64,000 nucleotides of DNA from an uncultured Planctomycetota bacterium. Its GTDB lineage: Bacteria; Planctomycetota; Planctomycetia; Isosphaerales; Isosphaeraceae. The notes under the pieces are model-generated. The model worked only from the letters and a program-made list of their open reading frames with translations, searched no databases and had not been told where the DNA came from. Position numbers and translations under genes: made by a program. Positions within the stretch are counted from its first letter, which is position 1. Each line of letters opens with the position of its first letter. This document shows positions 43,788 to 56,083 of this stretch, one piece after another. The DNA is taken from contig CAWGMQ010000002.1 of NCBI GenBank assembly GCA_963823665.1, positions 64,001 through 128,000 of the forward strand, given 5' to 3'.

Positions 43788-44909
43788 ATGTACCTGCTTT
43801 GGCTAGCCGCGCTGTCCCGCTTCGCCTTGGCCCAAGACCCGCCAACAGCATTGCGGCACGTCGTCGTTTATCGCGAGGAAGGTCGATTCGCAGGCTGGCC
43901 GGCCAACCACGGAATCTGGTCGTGGGATGACGAGATCCTGGTCGGATTCAGTCGCGGAACCTACAAGGATCGTGGGCCGTTCCACCACATCGACAAAGAA
44001 AAGCCCGAGGAATTCCTCCTGGCACGTAGCCGAGACGGGGGGCTCACCTGGTCGGTTGAAGTTCCGCAACCCAGTGGGGCATTAGCCGGCACACCGGGCA
44101 TGCGCCACGGAATCATGCCGCCCGGGCTGATGCCCGATCAACCCTCCGAGCTGCGCACTCCCATCCGCTTCGACCATCCCGACTTCGCGATGACCATTCG
44201 AATGGAGAACAGCAACAACGGCATGTCCCGGCTGTTCTTCTCATACGACCGGGGTAAGAGCTGGCGCGGTCCATACCGCCTGCCGATCTTCGACCAGAAG
44301 GGCGTTATGGGCCGGACAGACTACATCGTCGATGGTCGTTCCCGCTGCACGCTTTTTCTCACCGCATCCAAATCGAACAGCCGCGAAGGTCGGCCTTTCT
44401 GCGTGCGTACGGACGATGGCGGTTTGACATGGCGGTTTCTCTCATTCATTGGTCCCGAGCCCGCCGGTTATGCAATCATGCCCTCGTCTGTGAGGCTCTC
44501 GCCGCGCGATCTTGTCACGACCATCCGACGGCAGGATCCACCGCGAAGCTGGATCGACGCCTATGCGTCTCACGACGACGGATTGACCTGGACGTTCCTG
44601 GCAACGCCCGAGCCTGATACCGGCGAAGGAAACCCACCCAGCCTGCTCCGCCTTCCCGACAACCGGCTCTGCCTGGTTTTCGGCTCGCGCAGAGAGCCTT
44701 TCGGAATTTACGCCCGCTCAAGCGACGACCTCGGTAAGACGTGGTCCCGCCGGATCACCCTGCGCGACGACGCCGGCGGCCGCGATATCGGTTACGTCCG
44801 ATCAATCATCCGGCCCGACGGCAAGGTCGTAGCGGTCTACTATTATCACGATCAGAAAGCGCCAGTACGCTACCTGGCGGCGACAATCTGGGCGCCCGCA
44901 AGCTCGTGA
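43788..44909 (+). CDS. Secreted sialidase-like BNR/Asp-box beta-propeller protein
   Basis: Asp-boxes SRDGGLTW, SYDRGKSW, TDDGGLTW, SHDDGLTW, SDDLGKTW. Confidence 0.85.
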   Translation: MYLLWLAALSRFALAQDPPTALRHVVVYREEGRFAGWPANHGIWSWDDEILVGFSRGTYKDRGPFHHIDKEKPEEFLLARSRDGGLTWSVEVPQPSGALAGTPGMRHGIMPPGLMPDQPSELRTPIRFDHPDFAMTIRMENSNNGMSRLFFSYDRGKSWRGPYRLPIFDQKGVMGRTDYIVDGRSRCTLFLTASKSNSREGRPFCVRTDDGGLTWRFLSFIGPEPAGYAIMPSSVRLSPRDLVTTIRRQDPPRSWIDAYASHDDGLTWTFLATPEPDTGEGNPPSLLRLPDNRLCLVFGSRREPFGIYARSSDDLGKTWSRRITLRDDAGGRDIGYVRSIIRPDGKVVAVYYYHDQKAPVRYLAATIWAPASS

Positions 44910-44988
44910 GATTGCACCCTTTTGACCATCGGAAATGATGAGCATCAGGATCGCAGAAACTCTCGTCGAGTCGAAGCGACGCCGATTC

Positions 44989-47900
44989 TCATTCTGGCAA
45001 TGAAGTCACCAGTTCGAGCTGCTTGCCCGATTCATGGTTCTCGCCAGGAGTGGATTCCTGCTTCTTCTGACCGAACCACTGGATCACGTAGTAAAAGACC
45101 GGTGTGAGGAAGATGCCGAACAGCGTGACCCCGAGCATGCCCGCGAAGACGGCCGTCCCGAGCGCGCGGCGCATCTCGGCACCGGCCCCCTCAGCCAGCA
45201 CCAGCGGCACGACTCCGAAGATGAACGCGAAAGACGTCATCAAGATCGGTCGCAGCCGCAGCCGGCACGCGGCGACGGTCGCTTCTGCTCGCGGCATACC
45301 TGACTCCTGGCTCTGCTTGGCGAATTCCACGATCAAAATGGCGTTCTTGCTGGCCAGGCCCACGAGCACCACGAACCCGATCTGGGTGAAAAGGCTGACA
45401 TCCATGCGGGCCAGGTAAACACCCACCAGCGAGCACAGCAAGCACATCGGCATCACCAGGATCACCGCCAGCGGCAGTTTCCAGCTCTCATACTGGGCCG
45501 CCAGCACCAGGAACACGAAGACGACCGCCAGCGCAAACGCGATCGTGGCGCTATTGCCCGCATTGAGCTGCATGTAGGCCAGCTCGGTCCAGTCGGGCGC
45601 CATCGACCGCGGCAACTCCTCGCGCGCGACTTGCTCCATGAGCGCAATCGCTTCTCCAGAGCTCGTCCCCGCCGCCGGATTGCCGGTGATCGCGGTGCTG
45701 GAATACATGTTGTAGCGCATCACCATCACCGGCCCGCTGGTGCTGCTCACGTCGAGCAGCGTGGCCAGGCGGATCATATCCCCCTTCGTGTTCCGCACCT
45801 GAAGTTGACCGATATCGCTAGGGTCGCCGCGGAACTGCTGATCGGCCTGGATGTTCACCTGCCACGACCGGCCGAAATTGTTGAAGTTGTTGACATAATA
45901 AGAACCCAGGTACACCTGCAACGTGTTGAACAGCTCGCTGACCGGCACGCCCAGAGCCACGCACTTGGTCCGGTCGATCTGGAGGTACAGCCAGGGCGTG
46001 TTGGCACGCGAGCTGTTGAAGAGGCCCTGGAGTCCCGGCGTCTGGTTGCCCCGTTCCACGATCGCATCGCTCACCCGCTGCAAATACTCCAGCCCGAGAT
46101 TCCCGCGATCCTCGATGATCAGCTTGAAGCCGCCGGTTGTGCCCAGGCCGTCGATGGGCGGAGCTCCGAACGCAGAGACGATCGCGCCGCGCACCTTGCT
46201 TTGACAGCGTCGCTTCAGATCCGCGGCAATCTCGTCGGCCGTGAGCTTGGAGCCATGCCGCTTGGAAAACTCCTCGAGCATGACGTACATCGAGCCGAGA
46301 TTGGGCGCGTTGGCATTGAGGAGCAGCGACTGGCCCGAAACGCCGACGGTGTGCTCAACCCCTGGAGTGCCCCGGGCCTCGGGGTGACCGACAATGGATG
46401 TGACGGCGTCAATCACCTGCTTTCTCTCGCTATTGGAAATCTGGTGGGGAGCCCACATGCCGGCAAGTAGCTTTTTGAGTTCTTCAATCCGCCGGGCGTG
46501 TTCTGGCAGACTTTTCTCATTGGTGTCGGCGACCAACTGGCGATCCAGATCGAAGATGCGGCAGTAAAGCGTTTGATTCACTAGAGCGACGGCGACCAGG
46601 CCCTCGCCTGCTGTCGGGATGCGGCTCACGTCGTTCGTCGGCGAAATCACCTTCAGATCGTACCCACCCGACACCTTCTCGATACGTGCCATCACGCGCT
46701 GAGTACGCTCCACCGATGCGGAATCCGGCAACTGCACGTTCAGCAGCAGATACCCTTTGTCTTGCTGCGGAACGAATCCCGTTGGTGCGTGGTTGAACTG
46801 CCAGTAAGTCAGCACCAGGAGACCGCCGTAGAGCATGAGCACGATGGCGCTGATGCGCAGCACGCCTCCGACAATGCGGCCGTAGACCGCGATCATCCGG
46901 TCGAATAGACGGTTGAATCCCCTGAACAGCCAGCCCAGGACGGCGTTCACCGGCCGGATGATCAAGAAGCCGATCACTCCACCGACGAGCGCGCCGGCGG
47001 AGAAATAGGCGGCGGTGACTCCACGAGACGTCCAGTCGGAGACTTCCGACAGCTCGGCGCCGCTGCCGGCGGCCCAGGCAGGCCAAACCGACCGGCGAGG
47101 TATTGAGGCCCGTAGTACATGACCAGCAAGCCTCCCACCACCCCGAAGATCCACCATGGCAGCGCCTCCCGCTTCAGCTCATGACCATGGGCTCGCTCCT
47201 CCGTCTTGAAGATCAGCACCGCCCGCGAGGGAGTCATCGTGAGCGCGTTCATCGCCGAGATGATTGTCGAGACCGCAATCGTCACCGCGAACTGCCTGAA
47301 GAACTGGCCCGTGATCCCACCCAGGAAACAGCACGGCACGAACACCGACGACAGCACAAGCGTGATGGCCAGAATCGGGCCGGTGATCTCTTCCATGGCC
47401 TTGATCGTGGCCGTCCGTGAGTCGAGCCCGGTGGCGATCAGCCGTTCGATGTTCTCCAGCACGACGATGGCGTCGTCGACGACGATGCCGATGGCGAGCA
47501 CCAGCCCGAAGAGCGTCAAGTTATTGAGCGAGAAGCCCATCGCCGCCATGATCGCGAACGTGCCGATCAGCGAGACGGGCACGTCGATCATGGGCAGGAT
47601 CATGGCCTTCCAGTCCTGCAAGAATACCAGTACGACGATGCCCGACCAGGATCACCGCGTCACGCAACGTCTTGAAGACCTCGTCAACCGACTCCTGAAT
47701 AAACGGGGTGGTGTCGTACACAATCTGGTAATCCACGCCGTCGGGGAAGCGGGTCTTGAGCTCCCTCATCTTGGCCTTGACGCCGGCGGCGGTGTCGAGC
47801 GCATTTGAGCCGGATAGCTGGTAGATCGAGATCGCCACCGATGGACGGCCGTCTAGGGTGCAGGACTGGTCATACTGCCTCGAGCCCAGCTCGACCCGCG

Positions 47901-48843
47901 CCACGTCGCGCAGTCGCACAATTCCGGGCACTTGAGGCAACGCGCCCTGGTTGCTCGCCCCGCCCTGATCTGCCGCCCCTCCTTCTGCCGTCTCGCCGCT
48001 CTGCCCACCCTGGCTCTGGCCTCCCGAGCCGCTCGCGCCCCCCGCTGACGACGGCATCTGCGGGTTCGACTGATTTCCGGCCTTCAGGATGATCGCTTCG
48101 AACTGCTCCGGCTCGATCAGCCGGCCCAGCGTATTGATCGTGAGCTGAAACTGCTGGCCGCGGGGAACGGGCTGCTGGCCGATCTGGCCGGCGGCGACCT
48201 GTAAGTTCTGCTGACTGATGGCCGCGACGACATCCATCGCACTCAAGTTGAGCGACGCCAGCTTCTGCGGGTCGAGCCAGGCCCGCAGGCTGTAATCTCG
48301 CTGGCCCAGATAGGTGATGCCCGCGACTCCGGGAAGCCGCCCCAGCTCATCCTTCAAGTAAATGGTCGCGTAGTTGCTCAAGAATGTGCTGTCGTACTGA
48401 CCGTCAGGGGATATCAGGTTGACGATCATCAGCGTGTTGGGCGACATCTTCTTGACGCTGATGCCCTCGTTCTGCACGAGGGGCGGTATGACCGGCAGCG
48501 CCAGCGAGACGCGATTCTGCACCAGCACCTGCGCCATGTCGGTGTCCATCCCCAGCCGGAACGTCACCGTCAGATTGTAGGCGCCGTCGTTGGTGCACTG
48601 CGACGACATGTACATCATGTTCTCGACGCCGCTGACCTGCTCCTCGATGGGCGCGGCCACGGTATTGCGCACTGTCTGCGCATTGGCACCCGGATAAATG
48701 GCCGTGACGAGCACCGTCGGCGGCGTCACCTCGGGGTACTGTGCCATCGGCAGCGTGAAGACGGCCACGCCTCCCGCCAGTACAAATACGACCGAGAGCA
48801 CGATGGCAAACACCGGACGGTCGATGAAGAAGCGCGAAATCAC
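44989..48843 (-). CDS. HAE1 (AcrB/MexF-like) RND permease 2, with insertions; frameshifts near 47640 and 47070
   Basis: GTG start with [64 protein letters not shown]. Confidence 0.9.
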
Positions 48844-51800
48844 GGCTCTTGGTCTCCATCCGGCCCACCGGAATCGACAGGAGAAACGAGGGACGATGCG
48901 TTCGCCCTGGACCGCTGCCGGATCAGTCTGATGAAGGACAAGCACCCCTAAAGCGGCCAGGCATCCCGCCGAGCCGCAGAGCCAGAGCGCCCGCGGCAAT
49001 GCGAACACGCCGAGCTGCGCCAGCACGTAGCCGATCAAGAGCCCGGCGATTCCCGACAGCAGCGTCGACCCGGCCCATCGAACCGCCGCGGTCTCCAGCA
49101 GCCGCGTCTCGGTCAATCCCTGGATCACCGAGAAGAAGACCGGCGTCAAGAAGATGCCGAACATCGTCACGCCCGACCATGCCGCTGAACACGGCAATGC
49201 CCAGCGACCGGCGCATCTCGGCGCCGGCGCCGGCGGCGATGGCCAGCGGGATCACGCCGATGATGAACGCAAACGATGTCATCAGGATCGGACGCAGCCG
49301 CAGCCGGCATGCCTCTCGCGTCGCGTCGAAGCCGAGACCAGCCCTCGAGGTGCTTCTGCTTGGCGTATTCGACGATCAGGATCGCGTTCTTGCACGCCAG
49401 CCCCACCAGCACCACCAGCCCGATCTGCACGAAAATGTTGACGTCCCGGCCCGAATAGAGCACCCCCGATACCGAGCACAACAGACACATCGGCACCACC
49501 AGGATCACCGCCAGCGGCAGCGCCCAGCTTTCGTACAGGGCCGCCAGAGCCAGGAAGACGCTGGCCACCGCCAGCGCGAAAACGAACAACGCGGGGTTCT
49601 TTTCCGCCGCCCGGATCTGCACGAACATCAGCTCGGTCCACTCCTCCCTCATCGACAAGCGGCAGGCTGTCGTGGGACGCAGCGTTGATGGCCTTGATGG
49701 CGTCTCCCGAGCTGAATCCCGGCAGCATGTTGCCGGTGATTGACGCAGACGTGTACAGGTTATAGCGCGTGACGACGATGGGCCCGCCACGATCGCTTTT
49801 CACCTGATTCACGTTGACCAGGGTGCCGAGCGGGACCATCTCGCCACGGTTGTTCCGTACCTGGAACAGGTTCAAGGCCTCGATCCGGTTGCGGTATTCG
49901 CCCTCTGCCTGGACAGTCACCTGCCAGTGGCGGCCGAACTGGTTGAAGCTGTTGACGTACAGCGAGCCCAGGAGCATCGACAGCGTCTGATTGACGTCCT
50001 CGAACGCGACTCCCAGGGCAACGGCCTTGGTCCGGTCGATGTCCAGCCAGATCGACGGCGCGTTGGAGCGGAACCCGGTCGCTACGTCGGCCAGACCGGG
50101 CAGGCTCCGCAGCCTGCGCGTCAAGAGGTCGGTCTCGGTCTGCAGATCGGTGAGTCCGCGGCCGCCGCGGTCCTCGACCATGATCTTGAACCCGCCCGCA
50201 ACGCCCAGGCCCGGGATCGGCGAGGAATTTCGCACGCTGACGATGGCATCCTTGACCCGCTTTCTGTACTCGGGTATCAGCCGGGCCATGATGTCATCGG
50301 CGTGCAGCCCGAGAGGGGCCAGATCGAGAATCGACTGCCAGCGCCTCGATCACCCGGCGCTTCTCGCGCCCCGTCAGCTCATGAGGAGCCCACAAGCCCG
50401 CAAGCCGCTCTCCTTCAGACGTTCGATTTCTCCGGCCTGTCCCAGAAGCTTCTTCTCATCCGTGTCGACAACCGGCTTGCCCTGGCGGTCGAACACGCGG
50501 AAATGGAGCACGTCATTGACGGAGGCCACGATGTTCAGGTCGTTGCCTGCTGACGGGATCTCAGTGACGTCCTCGAGCGCAGGCATCAATCGTACGTCAG
50601 ACCCGACGGCGGGTCTCGGCTTGCCGAACGTGCCCTCCCGGATCCGCCTGGGCCACGCCAGCAAGTCGGCGAACAATCCTCGGGGCCTCCGTTCGTCGAA
50701 CGGCTCCAGGACGACGAACATCGAGCCGAAATTGGAGGCGTTGGACTGGAGCAGAAACGACATTCCCGCGAGGCTGACCGCGTGGGCCACGCCCGGCGTC
50801 GCGAGCGTGATCTTGTCGACCAGGGCCATGGCCTCCTTGCGTGCGCTGCAGCGATGCCGAGTCGGGCAACTGCACGCTGAGGATCAGCCGGCCCTGGTCT
50901 TGCTGGGGAATGAAGCCCGTGGGTGCCTGCTGGAAGACCCGATACGAAAGCGCCACCAGGCCGCCGTAGACGAGCAACACGACGAGACTGATGCGCAGCA
51001 GCCTGCCGACCAACCAACTGTACCCGTGGGTGACGATGTCGAACAAGCGGTTAAAGCCCCGGAAGAGCCAGCCCAGGACCGCATTCACCGGCCGAATGAT
51101 CAACCAGCCGACCAACCCGCCGACTAGCAGCGCCCGGAGGCGCGAAGTATGCGACCGTTATCGCCCAGTACATCCAGCCGGTGCCTTCCGCCTTGCCGGT
51201 TTCACTGGAGGAGGCAGGGAGACCAAACCGCCCGCCCAGATAGTCTGGCCCGTAGAGCACAGTCAACAGACCGCCTACCAGGGCGAAGAACCACCAGGGC
51301 AACGCCTCACGCTTCAGCTCATGGCCACCGTGAGCCGCTTGCTCGGTCTTGAAGATCAGCACGGCCCGCGAAGGCGTCATGGTCAGCGCGTTCACAGCCG
51401 AGATGATCGTCGACACGGCGATCGTCACCGCGAACTGCCGGAAGAACTGGCCCGTGATCCCGCCCAGGAAACAGCACGGCACGAACACCGACGAAAGCGC
51501 CAGCGTGATGGCCAGAATCGGGCCGGTGATCTCCTCCATGGCCTTGATCGTGGCGGTCCGCGCGTCGAGCCCCGTCGCCATCATCCGCTCGACGTTTTCC
51601 AGCACCACGATCGCATCGTCGACCACGATGCCGATCGCCAGGACCAGTCCGAATAGCGTCAGGTTGTTGAGCGAAAAGCCCATCGCCGCCATGATCGCGA
51701 ACGTGCCGATCAGCGAGACGGGCACGTCGATCATGGGCAGGATCATGGCCCTCCAGTCCTGCAGGAACACGAGCACCACGATGCCGACCAGGATCACCGC

Positions 51801-52864
51801 GTCGCGCAGCGTCTTGAAGACTTCGAAGACCGACTCGCGGATGTACGGGGTCGTGTCGTAGGCGATTTCGTAGTCCAGTCCCTCCGGAAAGCGGGTCTTG
51901 AGCTCTTCCATCTTCAGCCGCACCCGGTCGGCAACGTCAAGCGCATTGGTGCCGGGAAGCTGGTAGATGGAGAGGCCCACCGACTGGTGGCCGTCGAACG
52001 TGCAAGACTGGTTGTAGTTCTGCGCGCCCAGCTCCATCCGCGCCACGTCACGCAGGCGGACGATCCCCGTCGCTGGATCGTCCGAATCAATCGAGCCGGC
52101 CTTGACCACGATCGCCCCGAACTGCTCCGGAGTCGTGAGCCGGCCCAGCGTGTCGATCGGCAACTGGAACGTGTTGACCCTGGGCGCGGGCATCTGGCCG
52201 ATCTGGCCGGCGGGCGCATCGATGTTCTCGGTGCGGATGGCGTTGGCCACATCCATGGCGGTCATGCTGCGCGACGGCCAGCTCCTGCGGCTTGAGCCAG
52301 GCGCGGATGCTGTAGTCGCGCTGGCCCATGTAAGTTGATGTCGGAGACGCCGTAGACGCGCAACAGCTCGTCCTTGACGTAGATCGTGGCGTAGTTGCTC
52401 AGGTAGATGTCGTCATAGCGATCGTCGGGCGAGAAGAAGTTGACGATCATCAAGATATCGGGCGTTCTCTTGCGGATCGTGATCCCCTGGTTCTGGACTT
52501 CGGGCGGCAACTGCGGCATGGCGAGCGCCACGCGGTTCTGCACCATGACCAGGGCCGAATTGACGTCGGTGCCGATATCGAAGGTGACGGTCAGCGTGTA
52601 CGACCCGTCGTTGCCCATCTGCGAGGACATGTAGAGCATGCCCTCGACGCCGTTGACCTGCTGCTCGATCACCGCGGCCACCGTGTCGGCCACGACCGGG
52701 GCACTGGCCCCGGGGTAGTTGATCGTCACCGAGATCCCGGGGGGAGTGATCCGGGGATACTGCGCCATCGGCAGCCAGACCAGGGAGATCCCGCCGATCA
52801 AGGTGATCACGACCGAGAGCACCGTCGCAAAGATCGGTCGATCGATGAAGAATCTGGAGAGCAT
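48840..52864 (-). CDS. HAE1 RND permease 1, with insertions and an extra C-terminal TM hairpin; multiple frameshifts
   Basis: [60 protein letters not shown]; probable TGA overlapping the next GTG. Confidence 0.88.
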
Positions 52865-52880
52865 GCCGCGCGGCCCTCGA

Positions 52881-55323
52881 TCACTCGGCTTTATCGACTG
52901 CCGGCAACACCGACGAGCCGGGCGCTGCCGACGGTTGAGCAGCCCGGGCGGCTGGGCCGAGCGTCGGCATCGGCACCCGTTCCGGTTTGATCTTCCCACC
53001 CTGCCGGGTCTGCAAGATTCCGCCGCTCAAGACCCAGTCGTCCGGCTTCGAGTCCCTCTTCGACCGCCCTCAAGCCGTCGGGCTGAAGGGCGCCCGTCGT
53101 GATCCGGCGCGACTGGACCTTGTCTTCGGCATCGAGCACGTAGACGTACTTCTGCCCCTCGTGATCCGACGCAATGGCCCGGTCGATCACCAGGAGCGCA
53201 CGGTGAGGCTCCCCGATCGGCAGACGGATTCTCACGAACCGGCCCGGCGCCATCAGCCGGTGGCCGCTCTTGAGCATTGGGGTTGGCGAAGACACCTCGC
53301 ACCAGGATGCTGCCCGTCGTGGGATTGACCTGGTTGTCGACGAAGTTGATGGTCCCCTGGTGCGGGTAGCCCTCCTCGCCCTGGAGCCCCATGAGGACCG
53401 GTATCTTGGTACGGTCCTTGGGCAGCCGCAGCTTCCCTTCGTTGAGTGCCCTGCGATGGCGCAGCAGGGTGGGCTCGTCCATCTCGAAGTGAACGTAAAT
53501 CGGGTCGACCGACACGATCGTGGTCAAGCGTGTCTGGTTCTGGGTGACCAGGTTGCCCAGGGTTTTGCGGTAGTAGCTGATCTGGCCGTCGATGGGCGAG
53601 AGCACCCGCGTGAATTCGTGGTTCGAGCCGGGAGATCTCCATGCTTTTTTCATAGGCATCGACCCTGGCCTGGGCCTCATCGGCGATCGCCTCGTCCTGA
53701 TCAATCTGCTGCGGGCTGACCGAGCTGGGCCGGATCAGGTTGACGGCCCGGTCACGGGCAAGGGTTGTCCTGGCCAGCTTGAGCTGGGCCTGATAGAGAT
53801 TGACCTGGCCCTGGGCCTGGTCGAGCTGGGCTTTGTAGGGCCGGCGATCAACCACGAACAGCAAGTCTCCTTCCTTCACCTCGGCCCCTTCTTGAAACGG
53901 CATCTGGACCAGGTAGCCGGTGACCATGGGGATGATGTCCACGGTCTGAACGGCCTTGGTCTGGCCGGTAAAGTCGACGTAGTCGGTGATTTCCCTGCGA
54001 AATCGGCCTGGCTGACCGGCAGCACCGGCGGACTGGCTGGAACCGGCTTTGGCCGACTTGGTCTTGGGCTCCGCCGCTTTTTGATCGGCCACGACCGGCT
54101 GGCCGAACATCGGCATCGCCACCCGCTCCGGCCGGATCAGCATTCGCGGCCGGATCTGCAAGAGGGCGCCGCTGACGATCCATTCGTCCGGCTTCAACCC
54201 GTCTTCGATCACCCTCAGGTCGTCGTCCTCGAGCGCACCGGCAGTGACCCGGCGGGACTGAACCTTGTTGTCGGCATCGAGCACGTAGACGTACTTCAGC
54301 CCCTGATCCGACGCAATCGCTCGATTTCGCACCAGGAGCGCCCGGTGCGGCAGGCTGATCGGCAGGCGGATTCTGCGCGAACATACCGGGCGAGATCAGT
54401 CGCCGGCCCCCCTTGGGCAGCGGGTTCGGGAATACAGCTCGCAGCAGAGTGGTGCCCGTCGCTGCATTGCTCTGGTTGTTGACCAGGTTGACGGTCCCCT
54501 GGTGCGGGAAGCCGATCTCCCCTTGCAGCTCCATGGAGACCGGCATCGGCTCGATCCTTGGTCGACTCGCCCTTCCGTTCGTTCGATCGGCCTTCAGGTA
54601 TCGCGTCGAGCGTGGGCTCGTCCACCTCGAAGTAAACGTACATCGGGTCCACCGACACGACCGTGGTCAAGAGCGTCTGATCCTGGTTGACCAGGTTGCC
54701 CTTGGTCATGTAGTAACGGCTGATCTGGCCGTCGATCGGCGACAAGACCTTGGTGAATTCGTAGCTGAGCTTGTAGAGCTCCATGCTCCTCTGGGCGGCG
54801 TCGACCCTGGCACGGGCCTCGTCGACCACCGCCTGCTCCTGGTCAAATTGCTGCGAGCTGACCGAGCCAGGCGAGCGGACGTTGATGGCCCGATTCCGGG
54901 CCAGGGTTCGTCCTGGCCAGCCTGAGCGAGGCCTTGTTGAGATCGACCTGGCCTTGAGCCTGGTCGAGCTGGGCCTTGTAAGGCCGGGGATCGACCTCGA
55001 ACAGCAGGTCTCCCTTCTTGACCTCCGCTCCTTCCACGAACGGCATCTGGACCAGGTAGCCGGTGACCTGGGGGATGATCTCGTTCGAGAAGATGCCCTT
55101 GGTTTGCCCGGTGAATTCCGCGTAGTCGGTGACTTCCCTCTGGAACGGGCTGGCTGACCGGCACCACCGGCGGCTCTGCCGGCGCGATCTTCGCCGCATT
55201 TGACTGACAGCCAGCAACACCAGCCGCGAGTGTGCAGGAAACACCGAAGCACAGCAACACTCGCCAGGTCTTCGACCCGGTCGGGCAGAGGGATTTCAGG
55301 CGAACGTGGCGTGGGGCGCTCAT
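52881..55323 (-). CDS. Tandem double RND membrane-fusion (adaptor) lipoprotein, ~810 aa; multiple frameshifts
   Basis: One lipobox (VAGC), then two complete MFP units (REVTDYAEFTG...GDLLFEVDPRPY...SPIDGQIS and REITDYVDFTG...GDLLFVVDRRPY...SPIDGQIS). Confidence 0.82.
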
Positions 55324-56083
55324 ATTTGATCCAACCCCGGTAAGAGAGAATGGTGGCGGGCGTTTAATTATAAATCAAACTCGTCAAGCAGCACCGAGGT
55401 GTGAAATGCGGGGCGTCTAGGGAAATCATTCCAACGAAGATCTCACACATTACCATAAAGAACCGAGACGATGATATGCCCCCAGAGACAAGGAAGAACT
55501 TTCTCGATCCGAGCCAGAATGTGGCGATTCGGTCGGCAGTGCACTCAGGATACGCGTTCGCGCGGGCTCGTCGCTCGTTCGGCCTCTGAAGAGCCGGCCC
55601 GGCGCATTCCGGCAAGAAATATTTACACCCGCCGTCCCGAGTACCCACTACAACGTGGCGTGAGCGGAGTTCATAATACTGCGTTCCCAGCTTGATGATG
55701 GGCCGCTATGGTGGCTTCCCCGCACGGAGATGCCGACGGCCCACGGTTGGGCGTTCTCTCGCCTGGCGCTAGGAGGACAAAGTCCGATGCACACTCGTAG
55801 AAGACTCCTGCTCCGTTTCGTCGTCTGCTGTGCCACGATGTCGCTGTTCGTCGCGACGGCGACGGTGTTCGCCGAGGAGCTGATTGGCGCGCTCACCAAA
55901 GTCGACGTCGAGGGCAAGAAGATCACGGTTGTTGACAAGGACGACAAGGAAACCGAGATCAAAGTCACCGACGAAACCGAGTACCCCACGAAGAAGGATA
56001 CCAAATACGACCTCGAGAAACTGAACGGCTTGGTCAAGGAACGGACCGATGCCGGTAAGAAAGTAAACGTCAAAGTAACTTAT

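Noticed and set aside
46381..46674. RND insert as an intein
   Set aside because: It lacks an N-terminal Cys/Ser block A, a C-terminal His-Asn followed by Cys/Ser/Thr, and the length of a Hint domain.
47521..49197. Apparent in-frame fusion of RND1 and RND2 into one giant permease
   Set aside because: A GGAG RBS and GTG start at 48843 overlap a TGA (GTGA coupling), and indels are frequent here. Two genes is the simpler reading.
55690..55745. Fluoride-riboswitch-like text (GATGATGGGCC...GCCGACGGCCCA)
   Set aside because: It forms a simple hairpin but lacks the P1 stem and pseudoknot layout, and the downstream gene is not fluoride related.
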